A stretch of DNA of 63,984 nucleotides, the filler included, from Lenisia limosa (taxonomy: Eukaryota; Protista; Breviatea): NCBI GenBank assembly GCA_001655205.1. It is 16 parts of 16 records of this genome, joined end to end, with 100 filler letters (N's around TTAATTAATTAA, not from the genome) between each part and the next. Parts side by side here need not be neighbours in the genome. Positions count along the whole stretch, not along the records: positions 47,738 to 55,854 come from LPNZ01001051.1; positions 55,955 to 57,241 come from LPNZ01006447.1; positions 57,342 to 59,570 come from LPNZ01002043.1; positions 59,671 to 62,779 come from LPNZ01009172.1; 12 more parts are not named here. The stretch is one strand, 5' to 3'. Positions 48,489-60,289 of this stretch are shown here, piece by piece. The notes under the pieces are model-generated. The model saw only the letters and a program-made list of their open reading frames with translations, searched no databases and was not told the origin of the DNA. Each line of letters begins with the position of its first letter. The first letter of the stretch is position 1. A program made the translations under genes and the position numbers.

Positions 48489-51400
48489 ATGGAGTACAAT
48501 AGTTCTCAGAATTACACGCTCACAGCCGAAGCTTCTGGAAAGCGCTTTGTATTCACNNNNNNNNNNNNNNNNNNNNNNNNNNNNNNNNNNNNNNNNNNNN
48601 NNNNNNNNNNNNNNNNNNNNNNNNNNNNNNNNNNNNNNNNNNNNNNNNNNNNNNNNNNNNNNNNNNNNNNNNNNNNNNNNNNNNNNNNNNNNNNNNNNNN
48701 NNNNNNNNNNNNNNNNNNNNNNNNNNNNNNNNNNNNNNNNNNNNNNNNNNNNNNNNNNNNNNNNNNNNNNNNNNNNNNNNNNNNNNNNNNNNNNNNNNNN
48801 NNNNNNNNNTCAGCTTGGCCGCAATATCTATATGTTTGCTTTCAGTCGAGTCCACACCCTTTCGGCAAGGTGAATGACCAAGGCATATGCGGAATTGCCA
48901 TTCTCCAAGAGTCTGAAGGAAATAATAGTGACATTGGAAAAAGATGTGAGTGCCTCTGTCTTAAAAACAACTGTGATAATTGGGAAAAGGACAGCTCTTT
49001 TCATAAAGTGCTATTTAGCATCTATCCACTATCCACGCTGCGCGACGATCCTGTCCAACCNNNNNNNNNNAAGATCAAATCAAAACCACAACAGAACTCG
49101 CAAAACTTGAGAAAATTAATCTATATTTTGATTGCGCTATTTTGGCTCTTTTTGTGTATCTTTGGTGTTTTTCATGTATGTATGTATTGACTTTTGGTGC
49201 TTTTTATGGTGCTTTTGTGTTCTTTTTTTTATTGTTGTTGTTTTTGTTTTGTTTTGTTTTTTTTGTTTTTGTTTTTTTCTTTCCTTTTTTTTTCTTTTAC
49301 AAATTTACTTAGATGTTTTATTTCTACCCCCCCCCCNNNNNNNNNNNNNNNNNNNNNNNNNNNNNNNNNNNNNNNNNNNNNNNNNNNNNNNNNNNNNNNN
49401 NNNNNNNNNNNNNNNNNNNNNNNNNNNNNNNNNNNNNNGTCCAGGAGCTGCAGTGAACGTCCACCCGTTTTTCCAGCTTGAGGAGGTGGGGGAAGTTAAC
49501 TGATGAGTGAATTTGGTATAGTGTATAATAACAGTTTATCATATGATTTGCTATAAAACACACTGTACATACAACACAAAATAATATGTAGACACTATAT
49601 CGAACGTCCTCCCGTTTTTCCATCTTAAGGTGGCAAAACTGAAAAATATTTTGAAGAATTATGATATTTGTTTTTTTTTTTTTATATGATCTCATATAAT
49701 ATACGTATCATCTGATGATATTATAATGTGAGTAGCCCCAGTGTATCACAACTCACTTTCAACTCAGGAATTACCAAGTCTATTCGAGACTGAGTGGGGT
49801 GGATTCGACTTAAACAACTACCCGGAAGTTAATNNNNNNNNNNNNNNNNNNNNNNNNNNNNNNNNNNNNNNNNNNNNNNNNNNNNNNNNNNNNNNNNNNN
49901 NNNNNNNNNNNNNNNNNNNNNNNNNNNNNNNNNNNNNNNNNNNNNNNNNNNNNNNNNNNNNNNNNNNNNNNNNNNNNNNNNNNNNNNNNNNNNNNNNNNN
50001 NNNNNNNNNNNNNNNNNNNNNNNNNNNNNNNNNNNNNNNNNNNNNNNNNNNNNNNNNNNNNNNNNNNNNNNNTACAAACAGTACACAAGGGGGTAAAAGA
50101 TGGTACAGCTAGTTACTCTCTTCCAAATTGTGTGTGAGGTAGGGCTGGTTATTTATTATATCTTACAATTTTATTGATTCAGATCTGGGGAGGCGAGCTG
50201 TTATCCTCAGCGGCGTCCTGTTCTTGTCCTAAGGGCTGGAGTATTGACCCGGTTGAACCGTCCCAGTGTTATCCCTGCCCAATGTAAGGGGAAACAAGAA
50301 TGCTAGATATACAATTCATTGAAAGAAAAGACATTTACTATATTTAAGCAAATGATTGGTTGAATTAATATATACTATAATCCCATATCTCTAAAGCGTG
50401 AGCTTCGGCCAGATACAACCTATTATATTTCTCATTGCTGGATGAGTCTTGACCGATTTATTATAGGATTTCAAGAAAAAAAGGTCAAGACTGATCCTGA
50501 TCACTGTATATTTAAACATAAACACACACACACACACACATTTTATTTGCACCCTTTTCAGGCATACATATCAACCCGAAAGTTTCAATGACGGTGCACG
50601 CTGCATTGACTGCGGTACTCGAATGCTGACTACCAAGGCCGCTGCCGAGAGCCTTGAGGACTGTCAATGCTTGCCGATGTAAGGGGGGGGGGGGNNNNNN
50701 NNNNNNNNNNNNNNNNNNNNNNNNNNNNNNNNNNNNNNNNNNNNNNNNNNNNNNNNNNNNNNNNNNNNNNNNNNNNNNNNNNNNNNNNNNNNNNNNNNNN
50801 NNNNNNNNNNNNNNNNNNNNNTTACTACGGACTCGTATTTCTCGATAAATCCTCGATAAATATCCAAAACAATCCAATCTTTTATGTTGGATGATATCAT
50901 TCACATTGTATAAAAATGATTTCCTCTATCATTTTCCTCTGATAATTTTGCTGATTTCTCCTCTAACATTATCTTCACCTTTTAGGGAGCAAAGAGTTGA
51001 GAACGACGGGACGCCTTATTGCTCTTGCGGAGAGGGAGTGGGGATAGTCAGTATGCGGGTTGTATAATTAATTATTATGAGTAATGCCTTATTTTATTTT
51101 ATTTTCAAGGAATATTAATATTTTATTAATACTATTTGCTAGGAGTTCTTGAATTTCCGTCACTTCTCCCCCTTCCCCCTGGACTTTGTTTGTTNNNNNN
51201 NNNNNNNNNNNNNNNNNNNNNNNNNNNNNNNNNNNNNNNNNNNNNNNNNNNNNNNNNNNNNNNNNNNNNNNNNNNNNNNNNNNNNNNNNNNNNNNNNNNN
51301 NNNNNNNNNNNNNNNNNNNNNNNNNNNGGCTTCTTCAAGTCCGGCCTTCAAAATGTCGAGTGTTTCGCATGCGATGAACTCGAAACCACCCTGGGAACTG

Positions 51401-54400
51401 GGGCGACGTCTAAGTCGGCATGCCACTGCCAGGAGTTGGCTGGCTAGATCAGTTCAGTTCATTGTATTTCTTAGTTTATTTCATTGTATTAAAATATTTC
51501 ACAGAAAGTAGTTGTATTTACTGAAACCCAGAGGCTACTACCGTGAAGACGGCAAATGCGTGGAGTGCGTCAGTGGAGCGGTCTGCGAAGTCATCGTTGT
51601 GGATGGGTGGGTTGTTGATGATTGTTATTATTATTGTTGCTATTATTATATTCTTCTTTATTTATTATTAATAATATTATAATTATTGAATTTAACTATT
51701 ATTATTACAATTATTATTACTATTATTATTACTATTATTTATTGGTGTTTGTCTTGTTATTGTTATTACTGTTATTACTTTTATTAAGATTATTTTGAAC
51801 GGGAGGGTTGTTTCATTATGATGTTGTGGAGGATTCTCATGTTTTATGATGACTATCAAGTTCGAGTGGGTTGTTTTTGAATGTTGATGTGCTGGTGGTT
51901 CTTCATTATTATTACCACTGTTTTTGATGCTCATTATTATTAACTGCTTTTGATTCTCCCCCAGACAAGCCGTTGACCCTCAGCCTCAAAGCCAAGAAGG
52001 CTACTTCATGGCCCTTTCCACCAACTACAGTAAGTGAATGCTGGATATATTTTGAAACAAAAATGTTGAATATGAATGTGAGATATAATTTATATATAGT
52101 AGTATATATCATGATTTTTCCGACAGTTGTGATTATTTGAAAAATTCATTTTTTGGATATTTTAGTCATTTTTATTGGTGATGTTGTATTTTTGGCAAAA
52201 ATATATGTCTTTTTGTCTTTATTTTTTTGAAAATAGTGTGTTTTCAACAAGAAAATTCGCATACTGTTCAAAAAGTATCAAAAAAAGTTGCATCAGTACT
52301 TTAAAGCAAAAAGAATGTAAATAAACAGGCAAAAGAATGACATTATCTTCCACGAGTACCGCGACCTCTTTTCCCTCCGCGTCCTCTTCTTGCTGGGGGC
52401 ACTATCAAAAAAATTGAATCATAAGAAATTGCTCACCAGTCATATTTTTGCGCTTGGGGGCAACTCTGATTGGCAAGTCACAATCATCTGGTTCTGAATT
52501 TGTTGTATTTTCTAAAAGTAAAATGAAGGAATTTCCTACCATCACTATCAGCGTCAGTTTCGGGAGGAATATGGTTTCTTCTACCACGAGTTCGTTGTTG
52601 ACCATTTTCTAAGAGCAATAAGAGNNNNNNNNNNTGGTCAGTGATTTTGAAAACACTTCAACAAATTTTGCCTTGCAACTCCACCACGCCTGCACCCTCT
52701 TCCTCGTCTTGCTCTTCCTCTTTCTTGGATGTTAAATATGCGATAATAAACAAACCTCCACCAGCTTTTTTTTCCAACTGCCTTTTTCGAACCTCAGTGC
52801 GGTAGCATCAATCGTCTCTGGACCGAGGGTTGCGCCTTGCTTTGTTTCCACCTTCTTCTGTCGTTGCTTTCTTTGCAAAATTGAGGACTTGCTGACCACA
52901 ACTTGGTCGTTTTGTATCTCAGTCGTTGTGAGTCCTGGAGTTACCCAGAAGGTTTGAACTGATCTCGTCAGTGGGACATCTAGTGGTCCCAGTGTAATTG
53001 AGTCAAGGGCGTGAGAGCTTGCAAGAGTGGCATTCTCTTCAGAAATTCCGCCAGCTAAGGCAGAGACTTTGCATATGACATCACTCACATGTCGAGGGGA
53101 TTTGGAGTTCAATGCAGCAATAGCACCCGATGAAGCGAAATCCTGCACGCTCAGCTGTAGAAAAAGCTCATTTGGCAACCGAGACTTCATCATCAAGGGT
53201 CTTCAGAATAGGGCACTCAGCAAGGTCAGTCGAGCCTGGGCCTGTTCGCGTTTTGAGGCGTTTTCTTGAAAACTAATATCAGCAGGAGTATCAATGCACA
53301 GGTTGAGAGTTCCTGGCGGGGCTGTGATATTTTCGCAAACAGCTTCTCTTGATAACCTTTGTCATCGAGGCGGGGTATTCACCAAAGCGATAGGCCTTCC
53401 CATGTGAATACGCAGAATCAGGTATTGCACATGGATTGTATCCAGTAATTGAGAACCCACATTTCTTCACTGATGCAGTGATGACATCCTTGGAGACGGA
53501 CGAGAACACATCACGCATTACTGCAGCGAGCTTCTCCTGAGTAATACTAAACATAGTGTGAAGTGTGTGTGTGTGGGGGGGGTGAATAAGATGAGGAAGA
53601 CTTACTAATAATAACAATGGGGGGATACGTCAGATCAAAAATGGTGTATAAAGAGCTGAGGCCGTCCTCATCATCACACTTAGACGGAATATGGGATGTA
53701 GTTAGAAACAGCTTATATATGCTCAGATACTTCCCACAAACGTGTTTCCATCATCACAGCGAAGCTCACGGGTCTTCTCCACCATTGTTCTCTTCTTATG
53801 GGCATGGACAAAGGAGTCATTGGACTAAAGATATGGGTACAAAATAATCTGTTTCTCACCTGCAAGTGTTGCGATGTCAGAGAAGGTTCAATACCAACAA
53901 GAATCCCGAATACCATGAAGAATAAGAGGCACAGCTAATAAGTAAATTGAACATGTAAAGACATACCTTTGGTTAGTCATTTCAAGACATGCATTTGATG
54001 GACGACTTGAAAGTTCAACCGATTTCCTCCTTTGGGCTTGAATATACGTCGGGATCGAGAACATGGCCGGTCTTGACACTCCACCACATTTATATAAGGA
54101 TTTCGCATCTCCTTCAATAACTTCAACTGACGGGGGAAATACGTTAGGGTCACTTCTAGGATCATCAAACTCGTCTCCCCAGCTGTCTATTCTCTCCAAA
54201 GCAGATTTGAACCAAGTTCCAATACAAGATGCATGATGGCGAGCTCGGTCTTCTTCCTTACTCATCTCTGCAGCTTTTTCGGCAATGTCATCACCTCCAA
54301 GGATATAGTGGCTTGTAACCATTTCACCTGCAAGAGACAAGACAGTGAGGCATGACACGCGAGGATTGCCATCAAATTCACTGAAGAACTTCCTCATAAA

Positions 54401-55790
54401 AGCAGTCTCATCAGAGAAGAGAACTCGACTTGGAGAAATAGAAACAACTAGGCTTTTGAGAGAGTTCGAACAGCTTTCATAGCACGTTGATGTTTCGATT
54501 TTTCAACAATCGTTTCAACTGACTCAATAATTGATTTGACAGGTTCAGAGAAACTTTCCATTGCACAGATCCGAACTTCTTCCAAGATAGGTGATAATTG
54601 CTTTGAAAGGTTGATGCGCGGGTCTATATGGAGAGTCAAAAACAAAGATGAGGCATACCTTTACTGGGGCACTTATCAGAAATTAGCCTACAAACTGACA
54701 TATAGTTTGAGATAATTGATTCTCTTGCAAAAAAGAGCTTCCATTCTTCCACAGCTTTATCATCGGCTTCAACGCCATCAAAGCCTGTACATGCATGTTT
54801 TATATACTTCATTGCTCTGATTAATTGATTGTAGACCCACCCGTTAAAGAGGGTGTACTCCACCTAAAACAATGTGATCATAAAGAAATGGGTCTTACCT
54901 GACATTTCCTTTGTCGATTCATGTCCATGGATGACTGTTCAATCGATTCATTCAGAAGAGTATACGCTGTACTTCTGGATACTGAAACGCCATGCTGCTT
55001 TGCAAGCTGAGAAACAGTTTTGTGATCAATATTATTGTAAGCCTTTCTAAAGAATCAACAAAGACAAAAAAAAAGGCTTACTGAGTGAATGTCTTTGATT
55101 TTTGAGATAGTTTGACGGATTTTCTTNNNNNNNNNNNNNNNNNNNNNNNNNNNNNNNNNNNNNNNNNNNNNNNNNNNNNNNNNNNNNNNNNNNNNNNNNN
55201 NNNNNNNNNNNNNNNNNNNNNNNNNNNNNNNNNNNNNNNNNNNNNNNNNNNNNNNNNNNNNNAAAACCTTATTTAAGTAAAAATTACACTAACTTTTGAA
55301 AAGGGGGTTTTCAAAAAAACGGTGAAAAGGCAACCGGGTACCCGGGGTTTCAGTTCTTCTCAGTGGAAGCTCAAAATCGTATCTTGGACTCCTGAGGTGC
55401 TGGGTTCGATTCCAAGCGTGGAGGTATTTTTAAAAAAACATGAAAACAGTGTGTTTTTCTTCTTGTTCTCCCCATGTTCCCAATATTTTGTCTGGGTTTT
55501 GTCTGTTTTTCTTCCATTAGTAATTTTTATCAATTTAAACAAGAAGCAAAGACACTATTTAGGTAACAGCAGTCCTTAAAAACCAAAAAACTTACATTTT
55601 TCAAAAAATCACAGATATCGGAAAAATCACAGATATATGGACGGTGTGATATGTGTATCTATGCATATATGCATGTATAATAAAGCTATGATCTCACCCC
55701 CACCCCCCAGCCTTCCTGCCATGTCCGTACCGGGCAGCTTGTATTGGCGGCTCGGAGTGTGCCGACGGCTACGAGGGCTACTTGTGCTCG
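48489..55790 (+). CDS. Large Cys-rich secreted/surface protein (GCC2-GCC3 / ephrin-receptor-like modules), split by long introns
   Basis: SCSCPKGW...CYPCP, RCIDCGTRMLTTKAAAESLEDCQCLP, ECFACDELETTLGTGATSKSACHC, GYYREDGKCVECVSGAVCE, PCPYRAACIGGSECADGYEGYLCSECLE. Confidence 0.75.
52730..55050 (-). CDS. pogo-family DDE transposase-derived gene with apparent short introns; may be degenerate
   Basis: RVLFSDETAF (first D), VSCLTVLSLAGEMVTSHYILGG, EPSLTSQHLQ|SNDSFVH (third-D region, split by a GTGAG..TTAG intron), VFSSVSKDVITASVKKCGF; second catalytic D not found. Confidence 0.6.
55345..55430 (+). pseudogene. Degenerate tRNA-like / Pol III type-2 sequence inside the transposon
   Basis: A-box-like CTCAGTGG, B-box/T-loop GGTTCGATTCC, followed by a T-run; acceptor and anticodon stems do not fold convincingly. 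Confidence 0.35.
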
Positions 55791-55987
55791 GAGTGTTTGG
55801 AGGTGGGCGTGCGTTATCATCTATGAGGTGCTGCGGAAGCGACTGGCCTGGGCTNNNNNNNNNNNNNNNNNNNNNNNNNNNNNNNNNNNNNNNNNNNNTT
55901 AATTAATTAANNNNNNNNNNNNNNNNNNNNNNNNNNNNNNNNNNNNNNNNNNNNCTTCATCGAAATTTCCTTCGTTTTACCCACAGG

Positions 55988-56807
55988 ACATAATCTACGA
56001 CGACAGCTCCGAGAACCTCTATGTCTTCGGCGCGAGCCTCAACAGGGCAGGATCCGTCCTGTGCCGCTACGTTTGCCGGTGGGAGGGGGAGGGGGGCGAC
56101 ATTACACTAGGGCGCATCGACTTGGGATTCTCTTCCCCATAATTTCTTCAAATTTCCATAAAATTCTATGGGATTCCCATGTAAAATATGGGAATTCCAA
56201 CGTTTTCACAAGAATCCCAGGGCTCCTCTACGGTCCAAAAAAAACCTGAATTTTTCGATTCCTTTCCTTTTGCTTCTCTCACCTCCGCAGCTACAACTTC
56301 GACGATAAGAAATGGCATTCCATGGGCTACATTGCCTCTGCTAGCGGCATCGTCTTGATGGGTGATAAGGTTAGGGTGATGATTTGGGCTTTACTTTGGT
56401 TCGGAAAAAGAGTGAATTTATCGATATATCCTCCAAAGCCCTTCTCTTGATGGGTGATAAGGTGAGGGCTATGGGGGTAACAAAGGGTTATAATGGGGGG
56501 ATTATCAAACATTTAGTTTTCTTCCAGCAATTCTACCTGTTTTTTTGTTTGTTTTTACCTGTTTCTGTTTTCTGGCTGACCCCTGACAGCTTGTTCTCCA
56601 CCACACCGGCTACATCAAAATCGGCACTGACAACTTCGGGTTGGGTTTTTATTTTTATTATTATTTCTCGAGGTTGACATATTCTTTTTTACACTTCTCA
56701 TTTTCGCAGTTTATCGTACTATATCATACGATTAGACACACAGCGCCTTTCTAACCAATTTAGCTATGCTGCTGTTTTTGATGGTGAAAACTGGAGCCCT
56801 CTCACGG
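55988..56807 (+). CDS. Exons of a probable extracellular beta-propeller protein
   Basis: DIIYDDSSENLYVFG, YNFDDKKWHSMG, YAAVFDGENWSPLT (repeated xxDGxxW-type blades). Confidence 0.55.
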
Positions 56808-59025
56808 TAGGCAATTCGGGTGATGCACTGATTTACATTTCTGGAATTATATTAATCTGATCATGACCGACATTCAAGTCGAAATGATGAACGAAGAAAA
56901 CACGAGGGTTCATCCCGGGTGTATCAGAGTATCATTGAAACTTGTCAGTCAATTATCATACGAGTGGATATGAGGTACCATGTCACTGCGTAGAAGATCA
57001 TCGTTCACATGTGTGAAAAATGATTCACAAAGTGAAATGATATTGTTATTAAGTGCAAGGCTCATACAGCTCATGGGTTACTGAATTTCTTGTTTATTAT
57101 ATTATTTATTTGAACAAAACAAGGGGAGGTGGGTGAAAAAGAATCATGGGGCTACCTTTTCGCGAAATTTCATCTCTACAGAGTACTGAAGTTTGCGATA
57201 GCGGCTCTTGCAGCAACAACTATTTCCCCTATGGTGAGGGCNNNNNNNNNNNNNNNNNNNNNNNNNNNNNNNNNNNNNNNNNNNNTTAATTAATTAANNN
57301 NNNNNNNNNNNNNNNNNNNNNNNNNNNNNNNNNNNNNNNNNCGATGAAGAATACTGGCGTTAGGGGCTAATCATGAATCGAATAATCTGAAACTCTAAAC
57401 AAAAAAACAAGCAATAACAAACACGAACAACCAACGCTAAAACTAGGATCGACACGATTCTCCCTACCATTAGTGATCAGTGGCTTGCCTGAGTCTTTCA
57501 CTACACAAAATCAGACAAAATGGTACTGCTATTGATAAATGAATAAAAAAGAAGGTACACATCTCTCAGAATCCAACATACATTCTTCAAGCGACACATG
57601 GTCTGGTTTGGGAGCCTGATTTGTTAATAGTACAGAAGATCATTGTGAAATTCAAAGGGGATATTATTGCTCTTAAAGCATCATTTAGCCCAATTCAAAT
57701 CCTAACAGTTAATTTCTTGAAACAATTGTTCACCCCAATTTATCATCACTTGGTTCCTGAAAGTGACGAGCATTCCATTGCATTATTTAGTGTTAAAAAA
57801 CTACGATATTAATTTTCATGAGTTGGTCAAATATCGTACGAGGTGTCTAATAACTTTTGGTGTCATTTTCACCCCAGTTATCTACCTTATATCCACTCCT
57901 CTGATAATTGACCGCCAAGTCTCAAGGAAACTCTCTTCGTGTTATCTTCGATCATCATCCAAAGTTGGTGATATCACTAGTCCCCCGGCAATACCACCCA
58001 AAATTGCAACAAGTGCCTACGTTGAGACTCTTAAGATGTCGTTCAATCTTCTCGGAAAAAGCAGGACCGCACTCCTTCTCTACTATACCCGAGGCTACTT
58101 GGTCCAATGTGTATACCTGATGGGTTAGTAAGATTACTACATTTGTGAAATGACAAACACAGTTGGAGATATTATCATCAAATACATACAGAGATGAGAA
58201 GGATAAAAGGTTGCATCTGGCCAAAGTATTCAAATTTTTAGCAATGAGAAATAACAAATAAGGTCAAGTTTTATTTACAGCACTATTGCGTCACAACCAA
58301 GAATTAATAAGGTAGTTGCAGGTATATCTTTCCTAACCCAGCCCAAATGTCAAGAATTTGTAATTGGGGTTTTCAAACAAGTCAAAATAAACCAAAACAC
58401 TCTCTACTATGATTATCGGTGACATAACACGATTTAATAAACAAGTTGCAAACTCAGAAAAGCAAGTGATAGAAGCTAATCCATGTACACCAAATTATTA
58501 AATACTGACAAGAACGCAAATTCAGTTTTGTACTTCCTCAGATATCTTATACACTAAATTATAAAAGCAACTCATGCCATGATAGGGAAGAGATGCTGAT
58601 ATTAAGTAAGCCGTAGGTATATGCTGTTGGTATGAACCAAGGAATATGTCCCCGAATACCATCCCTAAATTGACTCAACATCCCAACATACCTCTGAAAT
58701 GATTTCATCTCCACTGTATGGGAAGCGATCCCATGTTGGTATTGGACCTAAGTCCTTGAGGCGAAGATCCATGTGCTCAAGCTCTTCTTTGGCGTTTTCT
58801 GGCTTGATTTAGTTTTAACTTCTGTAAACAACAATGTTGCAGTGGAGAAGAGGCCAAATGGGGGAGACTCGCAAGAATAAGGCTATTTTTTGGGCTATAT
58901 GATTCCCCAGGAATTTATCTAACAAAATCGAAACAAATCAAATTTCCAATCGCATAAGCAAGGCTCTTAGCCTCTTGAAACCACTATTGAAAAGCTGTTA
59001 ATCTCCTCCTATTGCATATTCTCAG

Positions 59026-59570
59026 ATGGAGGAGTCGGAAAAAGCAGAAGGCGAACCTACACAGAAAGTGAAATCTGAGCCTGCGTCGGTCTCAGTAGAG
59101 ATTCCTAGTGCAGTTCCCCCCCTTCCTGAGTACAATAAGAATGTCAGAATTGGCTCTGAAGCCTTCCCTTCGACCGACGACGAACCCCTCCCGCTTATCA
59201 AGGAGCAAAAGCTTGATTCTACTGCCTACGACAACATCGAGGTGATCTCAGCAAAGGAGTCCACAGAGGACACTGATGAGGTCATTGAGCGATCGTGTCC
59301 GTTCTATAGCTATGATGTTGACCCGGAGAAGCACTTCATTTCGGGCGGACCCGCGACCCCCCTCAGCACCCTTCCGTACGCCTTCTATCTTCCGAAGATC
59401 ACCCTGAGTGACGCGCTTTACCCAGCCCCAATCCCCAACCATCTTCCAAAGCCGAAGGAAGACTCGCATTTTGTGTTTAACTCGCCGTCGTGCTACATTG
59501 TTACGGACGATGGCGTCATGCCATGCTTCATTCCGCCTTCAAATGATGTCGAGCCGATTTGGGTGTCCAA
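59026..59570 (+). CDS. Long exon of an unidentified acidic Pro-rich protein, truncated by the gap
   Basis: About 180 open codons after a CTCAG acceptor; GC-rich relative to the flanks. Confidence 0.55.
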
Positions 59571-59787
59571 NNNNNNNNNNNNNNNNNNNNNNNNNNNNNN
59601 NNNNNNNNNNNNNNTTAATTAATTAANNNNNNNNNNNNNNNNNNNNNNNNNNNNNNNNNNNNNNNNNNNNCACCTGTTTAATACAATTCTTATGATATTT
59701 CGAAGTAATATTCAAAAGATATACACCCCCGCCTGTCAATATAATCCGTTCTTATCCACTCAGGTTCTAACTAAGGAGATCTGTGAC

Positions 59788-59886
59788 TAAGGCTTCACTT
59801 CGGTTCGAAAAAGAACGTTAAAATATCGATAGTTTTCGAGGATTTATCAAGAAATTCAGTCTTTTTTAAACCGAAGTGAAGCCCTA
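59788..59886. mobile_element. Family B MITE with a perfect 8-bp TSD
   Basis: TCTGTGAC at 59780-59787 and 59887-59894. Confidence 0.95.
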
Positions 59887-60289
59887 TCTGTGACACTTCA
59901 AGCTCAGATCCAAAATGCGTAACCCCCCCCCCCCNNNNNNNNNNNNNNNNNNNNNNNNNNNNNNNNNNNNNNNNNNNNNNNNNNNNNNNNNNNNNNNNNN
60001 NNNNNNNNNNNNNNNNNNNNNNNNGCACGTCACACACTCGTCTGCCTCCTGGGGGAGAGAGTAAAATGGTGACAATATTCACACGTCTTTATTTGCATTC
60101 CAGATGATATGAAATTCATTCGAGGATCTGGTAATATTTCATATTTTGGCTGGAAAATTATAAAGGAAAGTGTACTCTAAGGGGTGAGTATACGACTTTT
60201 TCTGGGAAAGGGAGTAAAATTGGAAACTTATAAAACAAAAAACAAAAAAACAGTATCTGTTGTGCAATACGGAAATACCATCTTCTCAA

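Larger units (their letters stand above)
52109..55633 (-). mobile_element. pogo/Tigger-like (Tc1-mariner superfamily) DNA transposon, ~3.5 kb, nested antisense in an intron of the Cys-rich gene
   Basis: Imperfect ~45-bp TIRs (TCATGATTTTTCCGACAGTTGTGATTATTTGAAAAAT vs reverse complement of 55585-55633), TA on both flanks; internal DDE_1-like motifs. Confidence 0.75.

Noticed and set aside
51600-51950. Asn/Ile-rich ORFs
   Set aside because: Translation of an intronic (ATT/GTT)n microsatellite
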